From: Desulfobacteraceae bacterium
GTDB taxonomy: Bacteria; Desulfobacterota; DSM-4660; Desulfatiglandales; Desulfatiglandaceae
DNA: 64,000 nt
Reading direction: 5' to 3'
NCBI GenBank assembly: GCA_030613055.1
Contig: JAUWMR010000002.1
Location: 14,150 to 78,149 of the forward strand
The translations under genes were made by a program, and so were the position numbers. This document shows positions 27,228 through 36,290 of this stretch, in pieces; the stretch's first letter is position 1; each line of letters starts with the position of its first letter. The notes beneath the pieces are model-generated. The model saw nothing but the letters and a program-made list of their open reading frames with translations, was not told where the DNA came from and made no database searches.

Positions 27228-28197
27228 TCCGGCGAAGTAAGGATGTTATTTGAACTGCCTGATTGCCCTTAACAACTCCCGAAAAACCCTGGTATTTTGG
27301 AATCTTTTCAACAGAAATTATCACCGGATCATGGGGCCCGGTTTTAAGCTTAATAACGTCCCCTGTCTGCAGGTTCATTAAGTCACCAACAGTGTTTCCA
27401 GCGGTTCTGCCTAATTCTGCGGTTACTTTTACCCGGGTTTCTTTTAAAAGTTGCAGGATCTGAGATTTCCACGAATGTTCCATATCCGAGTCTATCATGT
27501 ATTTAGAGGAGAGCTCGTCTCTGATAGGCTCGAGCGTGAGGTAGGAGACGCATAGATGAATATTCCCTGCGAATTCATCCCCTTTAAATGAAATAACAAC
27601 GACTATCATTAGGTCATTGGGGGCAAACAGATGGACGAACTCGGGTTTGGTCTCTGTTTTTTTCAAAGAGATGTTTATCGAATAGACAAACCCCCATGCT
27701 TTCTCAAGGTCTTTCAGCACCTCAACAGCGAGTTTCTTTATCATCCTCTGCTCGATGGGCGTGAATTCTCTTACTTTGCTCAAGGGCTTTCCCGACCCGC
27801 CAAACATACAGTCTATAGAAGAAAATACGAGGTTTGGTTCTATAGCCATAAGGCCCGATCCAATGAGGGGATCCATGCTGAAAATATTGAAACTCGTGGG
27901 ATTGGAAAATGCCTGTCTGAATTCACCGAATTTAACCATTTCAGTGGACACAACCTCAACATCAATAGCCTTCTGGAGCAGGGAAGAGACAGACTTCCTC
28001 AATAGATTTATAAACTTGTCGTATACCTCTTCAAGGGCATAAAACTGTCTATGCAGCATTTTGCCCGGTGAAGTGAGATCATAGACTTTAACGTCATCGA
28101 AGACTTCCTTTTTGGCCGCCTTCAGATCGACCTCTCCTTTGTCCATTGAAGTAAGGAGGGCATCTATTTCTTCTTGAGACAGGATCTGATCGGACAT
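27202..28197 (-). CDS. fliM: Flagellar motor switch protein FliM
   Basis: 331 aa. N-terminal CheY-binding motif LSQEEIDALL and the FliM middle and C-terminal domains. Confidence 0.95.
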   Translation of the reverse strand: MSDQILSQEEIDALLTSMDKGEVDLKAAKKEVFDDVKVYDLTSPGKMLHRQFYALEEVYDKFINLLRKSVSSLLQKAIDVEVVSTEMVKFGEFRQAFSNPTSFNIFSMDPLIGSGLMAIEPNLVFSSIDCMFGGSGKPLSKVREFTPIEQRMIKKLAVEVLKDLEKAWGFVYSINISLKKTETKPEFVHLFAPNDLMIVVVISFKGDEFAGNIHLCVSYLTLEPIRDELSSKYMIDSDMEHSWKSQILQLLKETRVKVTAELGRTAGNTVGDLMNLQTGDVIKLKTGPHDPVIISVEKIPKYQGFSGVVKGNQAVQITSLLRRNGGAKNNG

Positions 28198-28210
28198 AAG
28201 CCTTTTACCT

Positions 28211-28687
28211 TTACTGGATCACAAATTCTGTATAATAGAGATTGGTTATACTCCCTTCACCCAGGAAGCTATTCAGTTCGGTCATTACTTCTTCGCGTAA
28301 AGCGATTTTACCTTCAACGGTAGTGATGTCTTCCTGTTTATTAGCAGGCAGTACCATCAAGATGCTGTCCCGGATCCGGGGGAGTTGTTTCTTCAATTTG
28401 TCGGTGAGATCATCGTTTTTTAACTCCAGGTTCATCGTGACCCTCAAGTACCGCTTCCCTTCTTTATCAGCAAGGTTTACGATAAACGTGTCGAGGGCAA
28501 ACATGGGTCCTATTTTGTCCGTGGCCTTTTCCTCTTCGGCCATATCTTCTGAAACTTCTTCACTCTGAGCGCTCGCCGGCCGGTTAAGGGATGATATCTT
28601 GCCCCACATGACAAAGAAACCGGCCCCCATAACCCCCATAAACAGCAGCGAAATAGTGATAACTATGAGCAGTGTTTTTTTTGGCAT
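28211..28687 (-). CDS. fliL: Flagellar basal-body-associated protein FliL
   Basis: 158 aa. Single TM, then FALDTFIVNLADKEGKRYLRVTMNLEL...LPRIRDSILMVL. Confidence 0.85.
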   Translation of the reverse strand: MPKKTLLIVITISLLFMGVMGAGFFVMWGKISSLNRPASAQSEEVSEDMAEEEKATDKIGPMFALDTFIVNLADKEGKRYLRVTMNLELKNDDLTDKLKKQLPRIRDSILMVLPANKQEDITTVEGKIALREEVMTELNSFLGEGSITNLYYTEFVIQ

Positions 28688-28688
28688 T

Positions 28689-29381
28689 TTAGTTTTCCTC
28701 CTCTTTCACCAGAATGATTTCAACTCTCCGGTTTTTGGCTTTGTGTTCAGGTGTGTCGTTTGGGAAAAGGGCCTTTGCTTCTCCATATCCCACTGCCGAC
28801 AACCTCCGTGGGGGGATTTTTCCCGATTCGACAAAGTATCTCACTACGTTTACTGCCCGCGCGGTTGATAGTTCCCAATTTGAAGGAAACCTGTCGGTAC
28901 GGATAGCATCATTGTCGGTATGTCCTTCAACTCGAATGGATTCAGGCATTTTTTTAATTGCAGCGCCTATCGTGTCCAGGATAGGATAGGCATCAGGGTT
29001 AATATCGGCGATCCCTGATGTAAAAAGGACTTTGTCTTCAAGCGTGATTACAATTCCTTCCTTTGTATAAGTAACGGAAATTTCAGGTTCTAAATCGAGA
29101 GCTTTGATGGGATCTTCAATTTTCTCCTGATCTTCTTTCCCGTAACTTGAACCTGTGTCTGAGATCCCAATCGATACCTTTTGTCCCTCTTCCAAAACAC
29201 CAAGTGCGCTCTGGAGAGAGTTTTGAAAGGTTTTTAACATCTTTACATCCACACTGCCCATAGCGAATAGAAGGACAAAAAATACCATAAGGAGAGTCAT
29301 GAGATCATTGAAAGTTATGAGCCACTTCGGCGGCTCTTCTTTGACATCAGCAGGCTCTTTTAGTAATTTATCTCTATTCAT
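28689..29381 (-). CDS. motB: Stator protein MotB (retains the channel Asp)
   Basis: 230 aa. PKWLITFNDLMTLLMVFFVLLF aligns with the canonical (Y/F)xDxMTxxMxFF motif, Asp included. C-terminal OmpA-like domain (RVEGHTDN...NWELSTARA...NRRVEI). Confidence 0.85.
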   Translation of the reverse strand: MNRDKLLKEPADVKEEPPKWLITFNDLMTLLMVFFVLLFAMGSVDVKMLKTFQNSLQSALGVLEEGQKVSIGISDTGSSYGKEDQEKIEDPIKALDLEPEISVTYTKEGIVITLEDKVLFTSGIADINPDAYPILDTIGAAIKKMPESIRVEGHTDNDAIRTDRFPSNWELSTARAVNVVRYFVESGKIPPRRLSAVGYGEAKALFPNDTPEHKAKNRRVEIILVKEEEN

Positions 29382-30124
29382 TTTTCCGTCTCCCGTGCCA
29401 GTTTCATTTGCCCCTTCTTATGGAAGATAATCTCTACCCTACGGTTCCTGACTCTGTGCTCAGGGCTGTCATTCGGGAAAAGGGGATGGAATTCTCCAAA
29501 TCCTACCGCAGACAATCTCTGCGGAGATATTTTCTCGATTTCCAGGAAATATCTCAGAACCTTCACCGCACGCGCGGTTGACAGTTCCCAGTTCGAGGCA
29601 AACCTCCTGTTACGAATAGGAAGATTATCAGTATGTCCTTCGATGCGGATTGAATAGGACGTACTTGAGATAAAGGATGCGATTTTTTTAAGCAACGGTA
29701 AGGCTGCCTGCGATACGTCAGCAGCGCCGACAGCAAACATGACAGTATCAGAAAATCTTATCATTATTCCCTTCTTGGAAGATGAAATCTCTACGTCTTT
29801 TCCCAGACCAAGATTGCTTGTAAGCGCGCTGAGTTGTCGGAAGAACTCGGCTATTTCGGATTTTTTATCAACAATATCGGCTGAATTATTCAACGCCTCT
29901 TGACCGTGTTCGAATTTTCTGCCTCCTGATAGTACACTGATGGCATTTGAAAATGACTTCACAAACCGCGTGACCTTGCTTTCCTCAAAAGAAGCAAACG
30001 AGCTCAACATAATAAAAAAACAGAGAAGAATGAGAATAAAACCGGTATATGTTATTTCCCATCCACCGTCTTCAGATATGCCGGACCGGTCCTGCAAACT
30101 ATGTTTTCCGGGATTTCCAGTCAT
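29378..30124 (-). CDS. MotB-like OmpA-domain paralogue lacking the channel Asp
   Basis: 248 aa. Same architecture and OmpA-like C terminus (RIEGHTDN...NWELSTARA...NRRVEI). The plug/TM region reads GGWEITYTGFILILLCFFIML, with Gly at the position of the conserved Asp. 4-nt overlap with the next gene. Confidence 0.8.
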   Translation of the reverse strand: MTGNPGKHSLQDRSGISEDGGWEITYTGFILILLCFFIMLSSFASFEESKVTRFVKSFSNAISVLSGGRKFEHGQEALNNSADIVDKKSEIAEFFRQLSALTSNLGLGKDVEISSSKKGIMIRFSDTVMFAVGAADVSQAALPLLKKIASFISSTSYSIRIEGHTDNLPIRNRRFASNWELSTARAVKVLRYFLEIEKISPQRLSAVGFGEFHPLFPNDSPEHRVRNRRVEIIFHKKGQMKLARETEK

Positions 30125-30132
30125 TGTTTTCC

Positions 30133-30900
30133 TTATTTTTCTTCTCCGGATTCACGTATCTTGGGCGCGAGAAAAGCCTTGAGCTTTTGTTCCACAATAC
30201 GATGATTGTCGCCGGCCTGGATTGAAAGGATCCCCTCTAAGGTCATTTGCTTTATTAACATCTCCTCCTTGCTTCGTGTTTTGAGTTTTCCGGAGATGGG
30301 TATAAAAAAGAGGTTGGCCGAAAGCACTCCATAAAACGTCGTAAGCAGGGCAACTGCCATTGGGCCTCCGATCGAACTGGGATCATCCATCTGCATTAAC
30401 ATCTGAACCAGACCAATAATGGTTCCAAGCATCCCGATAGCAGGGGCAAATGCACCCATGGTGGCGAATATTTCAGAGCCCAATCTATGCCGTTCTTGAA
30501 CAAATTGGATTTCCGTTCTCAGAATCTCCTCTATGGAATTTGATTCCATTCCGTCTATGGCTAACTGTAACCCTTTAACGAGAAAGGGGTCGTCGATATC
30601 TCCAAGTTGTGATTCAAAAGAAAGGATTCCTTCTCGTCTGGCCCTTTTAGCGAAGTCGATTATCAAAGCAATAAGCCTGTTGGGCGACTCGGAGGTATGT
30701 GAAAAGGCGTTTTTTGCCACACCGAATACACTCATTACATCTGAAAGGGGATAATTTATGAGTGTCGCGCCCATGGTTCCTCCAATCACAATCATAAGAG
30801 AAGGATAATTGATAAACCATCCTCCAGGCCCGCCCATTATGATTGAACTGACTACCAGACCACCGGCTACAAGGATACCAACAAATGTTGTGATATCCAC
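30133..30900 (-). CDS. motA: Stator protein MotA/PomA
   Basis: 255 aa. Four TM segments with the conserved C-terminal region AFAPAIGMLGTIIGLVQML...ALLTTFYGVLSANLFFIPI. Confidence 0.9.
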   Translation of the reverse strand: MDITTFVGILVAGGLVVSSIIMGGPGGWFINYPSLMIVIGGTMGATLINYPLSDVMSVFGVAKNAFSHTSESPNRLIALIIDFAKRARREGILSFESQLGDIDDPFLVKGLQLAIDGMESNSIEEILRTEIQFVQERHRLGSEIFATMGAFAPAIGMLGTIIGLVQMLMQMDDPSSIGGPMAVALLTTFYGVLSANLFFIPISGKLKTRSKEEMLIKQMTLEGILSIQAGDNHRIVEQKLKAFLAPKIRESGEEK

Positions 30901-31028
30901 CAGAATTCTCCTTTATTAATTATATTTGGATACAGGGCAGGCCCATGCCTGGAACAAAGAGACGAGGCGTAAGAAGAATGAACCCATATATCCGTGAGGA
31001 ATTTTTTCTCTACTGCTATCCTTTGATG

Positions 31029-31044
31029 AGCAAATATTGTGCCA
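31029..31044 (-). promoter_or_regulatory. Sigma-54 promoter candidate upstream of motA
   Basis: The minus strand reads TTGGCACAATATTTGCTC, a full match to TGGCAC-N5-TTGC. ~130 nt upstream of the motA ATG. Confidence 0.65.
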
Positions 31045-31259
31045 AATCAGGGATTGCACGCATTTAAGTGCTTAAAAGATTTACCTTTTAGGCGAATAGG
31101 ATTGGCAGATTTGTATTTCAGGGGGGAATGAGAGGTGAAAATGGTAGGGTTCGTGGTCTCTAACTAAAATAAAGATCTGGCGCGGATTATTTCCTGATCA
31201 CGTCAAAATTTACCAGGGATTGTCAACTTTTTGACGTTAGGTTATAAATCATCGCCAGC

Positions 31260-31476
31260 GTCTTTCAATTTAATCCGCCAAAGGCGGACAAGCCAACCAG
31301 AGGCAGGCAGGGGTTTAATTCCCCGCAGCTTGTCGGAGCGTAACGGAGATCCCGCCTGAGCGGGGCTGCGAGGTAGTTCATTATTGTGGATTTTCACGTA
31401 TCATCTCAGTATTTAGAGGTATAGCTCATGGATTCCCGCCGTAGTTTATCCCGCACTTGATGCGGGGCGGGAATCC
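31260..31476. repeat. Cluster of REP-like palindromic units in the flbD-motA spacer
   Basis: tccgccaaaggcgga; ccccgcagcttgtc...gctgcgaggtagttca; ggattcccgccgtagtttatcccgcacttgatgcggggcgggaatcc (an inverted copy of the 4571 unit). Confidence 0.7.
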
Positions 31477-31547
31477 AGTATATTGGTATGCAAAGGCACT
31501 TACCCCGATTTATTGAGTAGATGGATTTTCACGCCTTTTATATCATC

Positions 31548-31778
31548 TTAAGAAGTAAAACACGAGCCATTATCATCGTAGATAAGGTTAGAAAACCCAT
31601 TATGAATTGACCTCTGGTATTTGATAATTTTATTGGAAATTTCTTCCACGGGTTCTTTGACGATCAACTTCCCTCTGGTAGTAAATGTGATGACAGTATC
31701 AGGTGTCTCCTGCAGGGATTGTATCATTTCCACATTGATCAGCATCTTTGAATTGTCTAAACGGGTAACCTCGATCAT
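31548..31778 (-). CDS. flbD: Flagellar protein FlbD
   Basis: MIEVTRLDNSKMLINVEMIQSLQETPDTVITFTTRGKLIVKEPVEE matches the FlbD pattern. Start set at the second ATG (31778), which has GGGAGGTG 7 nt upstream. Confidence 0.8.
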   Translation of the reverse strand: MIEVTRLDNSKMLINVEMIQSLQETPDTVITFTTRGKLIVKEPVEEISNKIIKYQRSIHNGFSNLIYDDNGSCFTS

Positions 31779-31850
31779 TTTAACACCTCCCATATAAATG
31801 GATTTTAAATTTGATGGCTTCGTAAAAAGTCGAATTTTCTTGTTTATCTG

Positions 31851-32090
31851 GATTCCCGCCTACGCGGGAATGACGATAAAGCATTTAATATCAAGTAGAT
31901 ATGATAGCCGTCATACCCGCGAAGGCGGGAATCCAGGCGTTTACATGAGTTTTTACGAGTTCATCAAATTTATAACCGAAATCCATGTCCTCCGGTCACC
32001 ACCCCCTGTAGGAGCGGCTTTAGCCGCGATTTCTAAATGGCGTCAATGTCCGGGGTCGAGGCTAAAGCCGCTCCAACCGATGCTTGGCGG
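31851..32090. repeat. Cluster of REP-like units (GGATTCCCGCCTACGCGGGAATGACG type and GTAGGAGCGGCTTTAGCCGC type) in the flgE-flbD spacer
   Basis: ggattcccgcctacgcgggaatgacg; cgtcatacccgcgaaggcgggaatcc; gtaggagcggctttagccgcgat ... gaggctaaagccgctcc. The plus-strand ORF 31798..32094 is just their translation (IPAYAGMT...). Confidence 0.75.
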
Positions 32091-32145
32091 TTAAACCGGT
32101 GAACAATTAAGTGCGGTTTTGTACGGGGCAGTTCATACAGGCCCC

Positions 32146-33393
32146 TTATCTCTTAATATTGATCAGCTCTGCGAGTATTTCGTCGCTTGTGGTAATAACC
32201 CTGGAATTTGCCTGAAATGCCCGCTGGGTGGTTATCATCTTGACAAACTCAGAGGCAAGATCAACATTCGACATCTCAAGTGAGTTGGAACTGATATTTC
32301 CCAGCCTGCCACTTGCCGGTGTCCCCGGCATGGCCTGACCGGAGGCAAGGGATTCACTATAGAGGCTATTACCCATTTTTGCCAGACCCCAGTAGCTCGG
32401 AAAATCAGCCAGGGCAATCTGGAAGAGGGGCATTAACCGGCCGTTGGAGTATGCTCCTGTAATAACGCCATCGGAATCAACTGCAATGTTGCGGAGCATT
32501 CCGGATGGATAGCCGTTCTGGGTTTGAAAGGAGACGGCGGATGTTGCTGCATAGCCTGTAATGTCACCATTGCTGCTACCGGCATCATTAACAATGTCCC
32601 ATGTGACTGCCTGGGGGGCATCGGCCCCGTTTGTCAGGGCAAGGGAGACTATTACGTCTCCTGCCGGTGCTGTTATTTCTCCATTTGCGTCAAATGTCAT
32701 TAGCATTGTTGCCCCACCGTCAATTGTGGCGCCTGTACCAGCTGACGCCGGTATTGAAGCCCCCACAGTCCATTGTCCGGGCACCGCCGTTTTTGTAAAT
32801 AAAAGGGTTAAATCGATGGGGTTTCCCAGGGAATCATAAAAAGATAATGAAGTAGAATAGGAATCAGCATTGACGGCTCCAGCATCAAGGTTCAGGTCGA
32901 TAGTAAATTCGTCTGTGGCTGAGGGAGGAGTAGTGCTTTCCCCAGGAACAGTTATGTCCTGGATTGATCCTAATTGAAGTGTGCCGTCCGCATTTACTGC
33001 TGTCACCTGATAGCCCTGGACAACTAAGTCATCCGGGTTTACCAGGTATCCGCCCCTGTCAAAATTAAACTCCCCTGCACGCGTATAGTATGTGGATCCT
33101 CCACCATCGTTGACAATAAAGAAACCTTTCCCATTAACAGCAAGGTCCGTGGGGCTGGTCGTAGTCTCAAGGGAACCCTGGCTCCAGAGGGGGCTGGTTC
33201 CCCAGAATCGAACGCCCCTGCCAATGTCATTGCCGATGGAGCCCTGCAGGGATTGGCTCAGGATATTGGCAAATGCAGACCTGTTGCTCTTAAAGGCAGT
33301 TGTGTTGACATTGGCAATATTGTCTCCAATAACTGTCATTGCCGTGGCATTGGCATTTAGCCCTGTTATTCCCGCGAATAATGATCCTATCAT
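32146..33393 (-). CDS. flgE: Flagellar hook protein FlgE
   Basis: 415 aa. MIGSLFAGITGLNANATAMTVIGDNIANVNTTAFK... and C-terminal LEMSNVDLASEFVKMITTQRAFQANSRVI. Confidence 0.95.
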   Translation of the reverse strand: MIGSLFAGITGLNANATAMTVIGDNIANVNTTAFKSNRSAFANILSQSLQGSIGNDIGRGVRFWGTSPLWSQGSLETTTSPTDLAVNGKGFFIVNDGGGSTYYTRAGEFNFDRGGYLVNPDDLVVQGYQVTAVNADGTLQLGSIQDITVPGESTTPPSATDEFTIDLNLDAGAVNADSYSTSLSFYDSLGNPIDLTLLFTKTAVPGQWTVGASIPASAGTGATIDGGATMLMTFDANGEITAPAGDVIVSLALTNGADAPQAVTWDIVNDAGSSNGDITGYAATSAVSFQTQNGYPSGMLRNIAVDSDGVITGAYSNGRLMPLFQIALADFPSYWGLAKMGNSLYSESLASGQAMPGTPASGRLGNISSNSLEMSNVDLASEFVKMITTQRAFQANSRVITTSDEILAELINIKR

Positions 33394-33456
33394 TTTGTTG
33401 CCTCCTTTTTATATTTAAATTTTAGTAACAATTTAGGTCTTACAAAGAATTTCTTT

Positions 33457-34152
33457 TCAGTCTTCTGTAATCTCAATCACATTGCCTATTGGAATCATTC
33501 GATCCCCTGCCAAAAGGTAAGTAACGCCGTCTATAAAAGATATGCCGGTTACTTTTTCAACAATAAAAGATGTAGTTTTTACTTCTTCTCCGGCTGTATC
33601 CGTAGCAAGCACTTCAAATTTATATGCGCCTTCCGGGACTTCGATGCCTGCACTGTTGGTGCCGTCCCACTCTACGGTATGTTCCCCGGGGGTCAAGACT
33701 CCGGCTTCAATTGTTTTTATAAAAGTGCCCTTCGAATCATAAATGTGAATAGAGACTTCACTTGCTCCGGCTCCCAGTTCAAAACGTATTTCGGCCGTAA
33801 CATCATCGGTTAACTGGATTGAATTACCAAAAGCCTTTACGCTTTTGCCTATGAAGTCCACGGCCTGGGAATTATTCATGGATGCTTGATACAACTTCAG
33901 ATCTTCTAAGTTTTCGTTGACATTGCTCAGTTGTTCTAATGAACTGAATTGAGCAAGTTGAGCGGTAAAGTCGGCACTTTCCATGGGACTAAGCGGGTCC
34001 TGATGCTTGAGCTGAGTGACAAGCAGGTGTAAAAAGTCATCTTTGCCGAGGACATCTTTTTTTTGAGAAGATACATTGCTGCTCGTGACAACCGGATCTA
34101 ATCCTGAAATAGACATATCTTCATTTACCTCCATCCTTGTGTTTTTTGCCAT
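33457..34152 (-). CDS. flgD: Hook capping/assembly protein FlgD
   Basis: 231 aa. LGKDDFLHLLVTQLKHQDPLSPM plus a C-terminal FlgD Ig-like region. Confidence 0.9.
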   Translation of the reverse strand: MAKNTRMEVNEDMSISGLDPVVTSSNVSSQKKDVLGKDDFLHLLVTQLKHQDPLSPMESADFTAQLAQFSSLEQLSNVNENLEDLKLYQASMNNSQAVDFIGKSVKAFGNSIQLTDDVTAEIRFELGAGASEVSIHIYDSKGTFIKTIEAGVLTPGEHTVEWDGTNSAGIEVPEGAYKFEVLATDTAGEEVKTTSFIVEKVTGISFIDGVTYLLAGDRMIPIGNVIEITED

Positions 34153-34171
34153 TCACATTTTTCATTTGCCA

Positions 34172-35542
34172 TCAGGCAAAAAAATCGATGTGGTTATCCC
34201 CTGTTCCTTCATCTGTAAAATGAAGGGGGTTTCCCCCCTCTTCAGGGATAATATCCTTTGCTTCCTCTCTATCGCCAAATTCACCCGCAGTTTTTTCAAA
34301 TGAAGGGTTTTTATATCCTCCATCATATTGATCTGAATCCCGGTCAACAGAGACCTCAAACTTGTCAATTTCTAATCCGTGATTCTGGAGAGCCGTCTTG
34401 AGTTCATTGACATTGTTTTCGATGATTTCTCTTACCAGGGGCGCATTTGTCAGCATTCTTAGCATTACCTGGTGATTCTCAATCGAGATCTGCATGCGTA
34501 AGTGCCCGAGAATTTCAGGCTTGAGATCTATCTTGATTTCCGTCTGGCCGTTTTTAATATTTAACGCGGCTTTGTCTACTATTTGCTTCAGTGTATCGGT
34601 CTGGAACGACTTTTGAGATGTTTCTGTTTCTTTTGCGGGCACATGGAAGCCCTGAACCCTATCTAAAGATTGTCCGTTTGAAGACTGGAGCCCGTTGTTT
34701 CCTTTATCAGAATCGATCCTGACAGATCTACTGTCAGGTAAATCCCCATCAGATGAGTTGAATTTGACCGCACCGTCCTTTTTGATCACATCACCTTTCT
34801 CGCTTGCCTGATCAGAGATCCGGGAGGGTATATCTGTCTTAGCGGCATTTTCTGCGTGGTCTTTTGAAAGATGTGGCAATGAGGTGTTTTCGGTTATTTT
34901 GTCTGTCCCTTTTGGGACCCCTGCATCACTTTGTTGAGTTGCCTGATCTAAGACCCGGGGGGGTATATTTGTCTTGGCGGCATTTTCTGTGAGGTCTTTT
35001 GAAAAAGGTGGCAATGAGATATTTTCGGTTATTTTGTCTGTCCCTTTTGGGACCCCTGAATCATTCTTGAATTGGCTCGATTCCTGTTTCAATAAGGTAT
35101 TTTGATTGTTAAATACTTCAGTCGGGTTTACAGGTGCTTTTTGGGTCGTCTGATCAGAAATCTGAGCGGTCTGATTCGATTTTAAGGGATCCGCCTCCAT
35201 ATGCTCAAGAAAAGATACCGTAACTTTTTGTCCCTCTTGCGAAACTAATTCGGAATCTAACATAAGATGAGTATCAGTGACTTCATCAGTGGCCGTTAGC
35301 CCTGTTTCTCCATTTGAGGCATCTACATTATCCTGGTAGGGAAATATTGCGTTTTCTGATTTAGATGAGTCCGGTTCACTTGCGATTCCAAGAAGGATTG
35401 CTGAAAAGTCCTCATCAACCGTAACAGCGCCTGTAGCTTTTGGGTCAGTTGAAATACTAAGATCATTTCCCCCTTTCTGTCCTTTAATGCCTGTGCGAAA
35501 AGGGATATTTTGATCTTGTGGAATAATAAAGTCTGCTTGCAT
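34172..35542 (-). CDS. fliK: Hook-length control protein FliK
   Basis: 456 aa. Disordered Ser/Thr/Gln-rich N-terminal part. C-terminal Flg_hook-like domain (EIKIDLKPEILGHLRMQISIENHQVMLRMLTNAPLVREII). Position between fliJ and flgD. Confidence 0.8.
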   Translation of the reverse strand: MQADFIIPQDQNIPFRTGIKGQKGGNDLSISTDPKATGAVTVDEDFSAILLGIASEPDSSKSENAIFPYQDNVDASNGETGLTATDEVTDTHLMLDSELVSQEGQKVTVSFLEHMEADPLKSNQTAQISDQTTQKAPVNPTEVFNNQNTLLKQESSQFKNDSGVPKGTDKITENISLPPFSKDLTENAAKTNIPPRVLDQATQQSDAGVPKGTDKITENTSLPHLSKDHAENAAKTDIPSRISDQASEKGDVIKKDGAVKFNSSDGDLPDSRSVRIDSDKGNNGLQSSNGQSLDRVQGFHVPAKETETSQKSFQTDTLKQIVDKAALNIKNGQTEIKIDLKPEILGHLRMQISIENHQVMLRMLTNAPLVREIIENNVNELKTALQNHGLEIDKFEVSVDRDSDQYDGGYKNPSFEKTAGEFGDREEAKDIIPEEGGNPLHFTDEGTGDNHIDFFA

Positions 35543-35595
35543 ACTGGTGTATCCTCAACAGTTAACTTCAGTACAACGATGCTGCAAGACTTTTC

Positions 35596-35611
35596 TGCAT
35601 ATTGTGTGCCA
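35596..35611 (-). promoter_or_regulatory. Sigma-54 promoter candidate upstream of fliK
   Basis: The minus strand reads CTGGCACACAATATGCAG (GG/GC spacing correct). ~55 nt upstream of the fliK ATG. Confidence 0.55.
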
Positions 35612-35805
35612 GTATTATGAACATCGAAAAGCTGTTGATTTAGATCGGAGCCAGCGGGGGCTTGGGAATGGCCCGGGCCTTTTAAATCAAGGATATGGAG
35701 GGAAATGCCTTGCTGTATAAAGGCACTTCAAATGGGTTGCTCTAAGGCGGGCAATAGGTAATATTTTCCTTTTCAGGGTAAATTTTTCCGCGGGGGCGAT
35801 TGAAC

Positions 35806-36249
35806 TTAGGGTGCGTTTTTTCGGTTGAATTTATCAATTGCCACCTCATTTGTAAAATCCTGTTCAATTTTCATCAGCCCCTGCCTGTATGTGTTCGACC
35901 TTTTGTCTTTCAACTTTTTAAGGGCTTTTCGTTTTTTCATGGCATCTATTAGATCCGCACGTTTCTGATCACATTTAATTTTCACTTCTGAGGTCCTTTT
36001 TTCCTGGTTTTCAAGGTCCTTTGACAAATGATCAATAAAGCCGACATATAATAATGCCTCAGAGACAGTAATGCCTTTTTCCTGCTTTTGCTGCAATTCT
36101 CCCAACAGTTTTTTTCTGGCATTTTTTATGGCAAACAGCCTGGTTTTCTCATCTGCAAGCGATCTTTCAGACAGCGCCAGCTGTTTCTGGTGGTTTTCTT
36201 CAATAAATTTGCGATGATTCAGGACCGGTTCCAGCGGGAATTTGTACAT
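35806..36249 (-). CDS. fliJ: Flagellar export chaperone/stalk protein FliJ
   Basis: Coiled-coil protein MYKFPLEPVLNHRKFIEENHQKQLALSER... Start set at the ATG at 36249 (AGGAG 6 nt upstream) rather than the TTG at 36288. Confidence 0.75.
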   Translation of the reverse strand: MYKFPLEPVLNHRKFIEENHQKQLALSERSLADEKTRLFAIKNARKKLLGELQQKQEKGITVSEALLYVGFIDHLSKDLENQEKRTSEVKIKCDQKRADLIDAMKKRKALKKLKDKRSNTYRQGLMKIEQDFTNEVAIDKFNRKNAP

Positions 36250-36290
36250 GGCGGCTCCTGGATGAGAATTTATTTTTCCACGCTCCAAGT

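Noticed and set aside
31798-32094. Plus-strand 98-aa ORF (…WIPAYAGMTIKHL…PGSRLKPLQ…).
   Set aside because: It is entirely the translation of stacked REP-like palindromes (GGATTCCCGCCTACGCGGGAATGACG, GTAGGAGCGGCTTTAGCCGC). It has no ribosome-binding site, and the same repeats occur elsewhere in both orientations. Treated as repeat DNA, not a gene.
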